Origin: Elusimicrobiota bacterium
GTDB taxonomy: Bacteria; Elusimicrobiota; Elusimicrobia; UBA1565
Length of the DNA stretch: 64,000 bases
Reading direction: 5' to 3'
NCBI GenBank assembly: GCA_043827405.1
Contig: JBDRPD010000001.1
Span: forward strand, 489-64,488
The notes under the pieces: generated by a model
Databases searched by the model: none
What the model saw: only the letters and a program-made list of their open reading frames with translations
Told to the model about the DNA's origin: nothing
Position numbers and translations under genes: made by a program
Shown here: positions 63,613-64,000 of the stretch, piece after piece
Layout of the letters: every line of letters begins with the position of its first letter
How positions within the stretch are numbered: position 1 is the first letter of the stretch

Positions 63613-64000
63613 GTGCGGTGCTTGCTGCTGCTGACTCTGTTAACGGCGATGACAACGGGAGCTTCCTCGATGCCGGATTCCGCCGACGGCGTACAGGATA
63701 TGCCGTTGGAGGTGCGCGTCGGCCGCCTGCTGTGGCCTGTTCTCGACGAACGCGCGGCCGAGCGCTACGCTCCGGCGGTGCGGGCGGGGCGGCTCGGCGG
63801 CGGCATCCTGCGCTGGCATATGCCGCGCGGCTCCGCCGCCGGCTTCATCAAGCAGCTGCGCGCCTGGGCGCGGCAGGCTCCGGGGCGCCCTCCGTTCTTC
63901 ATCTCCGTCGATCACGAAGGCGGACCGCTGTTCACGCAGCCGGAGCTCGGGACCATGCTGCCCGGAAATATGGCGCTGGGCGCCGCGGGTTCCGCGGAGC
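63613..64000 (+). CDS. GH3 beta-N-acetylhexosaminidase (NagZ-like), 3'-truncated
   Basis: Hand translation from GTG 63613: signal peptide... PFFISVDHEGG... LPGNMALGAAG; open to the window end. Confidence 0.8.
   Translation, partial: MRCLLLLTLLTAMTTGASSMPDSADGVQDMPLEVRVGRLLWPVLDERAAERYAPAVRAGRLGGGILRWHMPRGSAAGFIKQLRAWARQAPGRPPFFISVDHEGGPLFTQPELGTMLPGNMALGAAGSAE

Overview
High-GC bacterial window with no rRNA, tRNA, CRISPR or transposase. The style of the secreted proteins suggests Elusimicrobiota, but that is inference only. Contents in order: (1) two tandem membrane-anchored Gly-rich proteins of an unnamed family, with a third member at 46.9-48.3 kb; (2) an XRE regulator, an L,D-transpeptidase and a two-component pair; (3) a housekeeping operon RR-RR-lysS-lolC/E-lolD-mcsA-mcsB; (4) a 21-kb secretion/adhesion block of two duplicated modules, each a giant cargo with a T9SS/FlgD-like C-terminal domain coupled to a PorV-like barrel-TPR gene, flanking a fibre protein; (5) peptidoglycan-recycling genes (murQ, esterase, anmK, SSS transporter, later namZ, mltA and a GH3 enzyme); (6) a receptor pseudokinase/kinase pair; (7) an alpha-glucan locus at 48.4-61 kb. 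The alpha-glucan locus is the most unusual part. It encodes a GH13 enzyme fused to what reads as a full-length homolog of the chloroplast maltose transporter MEX1, two more GH13 enzymes, and two copies of an unknown polytopic membrane domain. Three of these genes share a long N-terminal leader peptide and an exactly spaced, apparently leaderless-mRNA promoter cassette, and leader-free paralogs sit beside them. Family assignments come from motifs recalled from memory; no database search was run.
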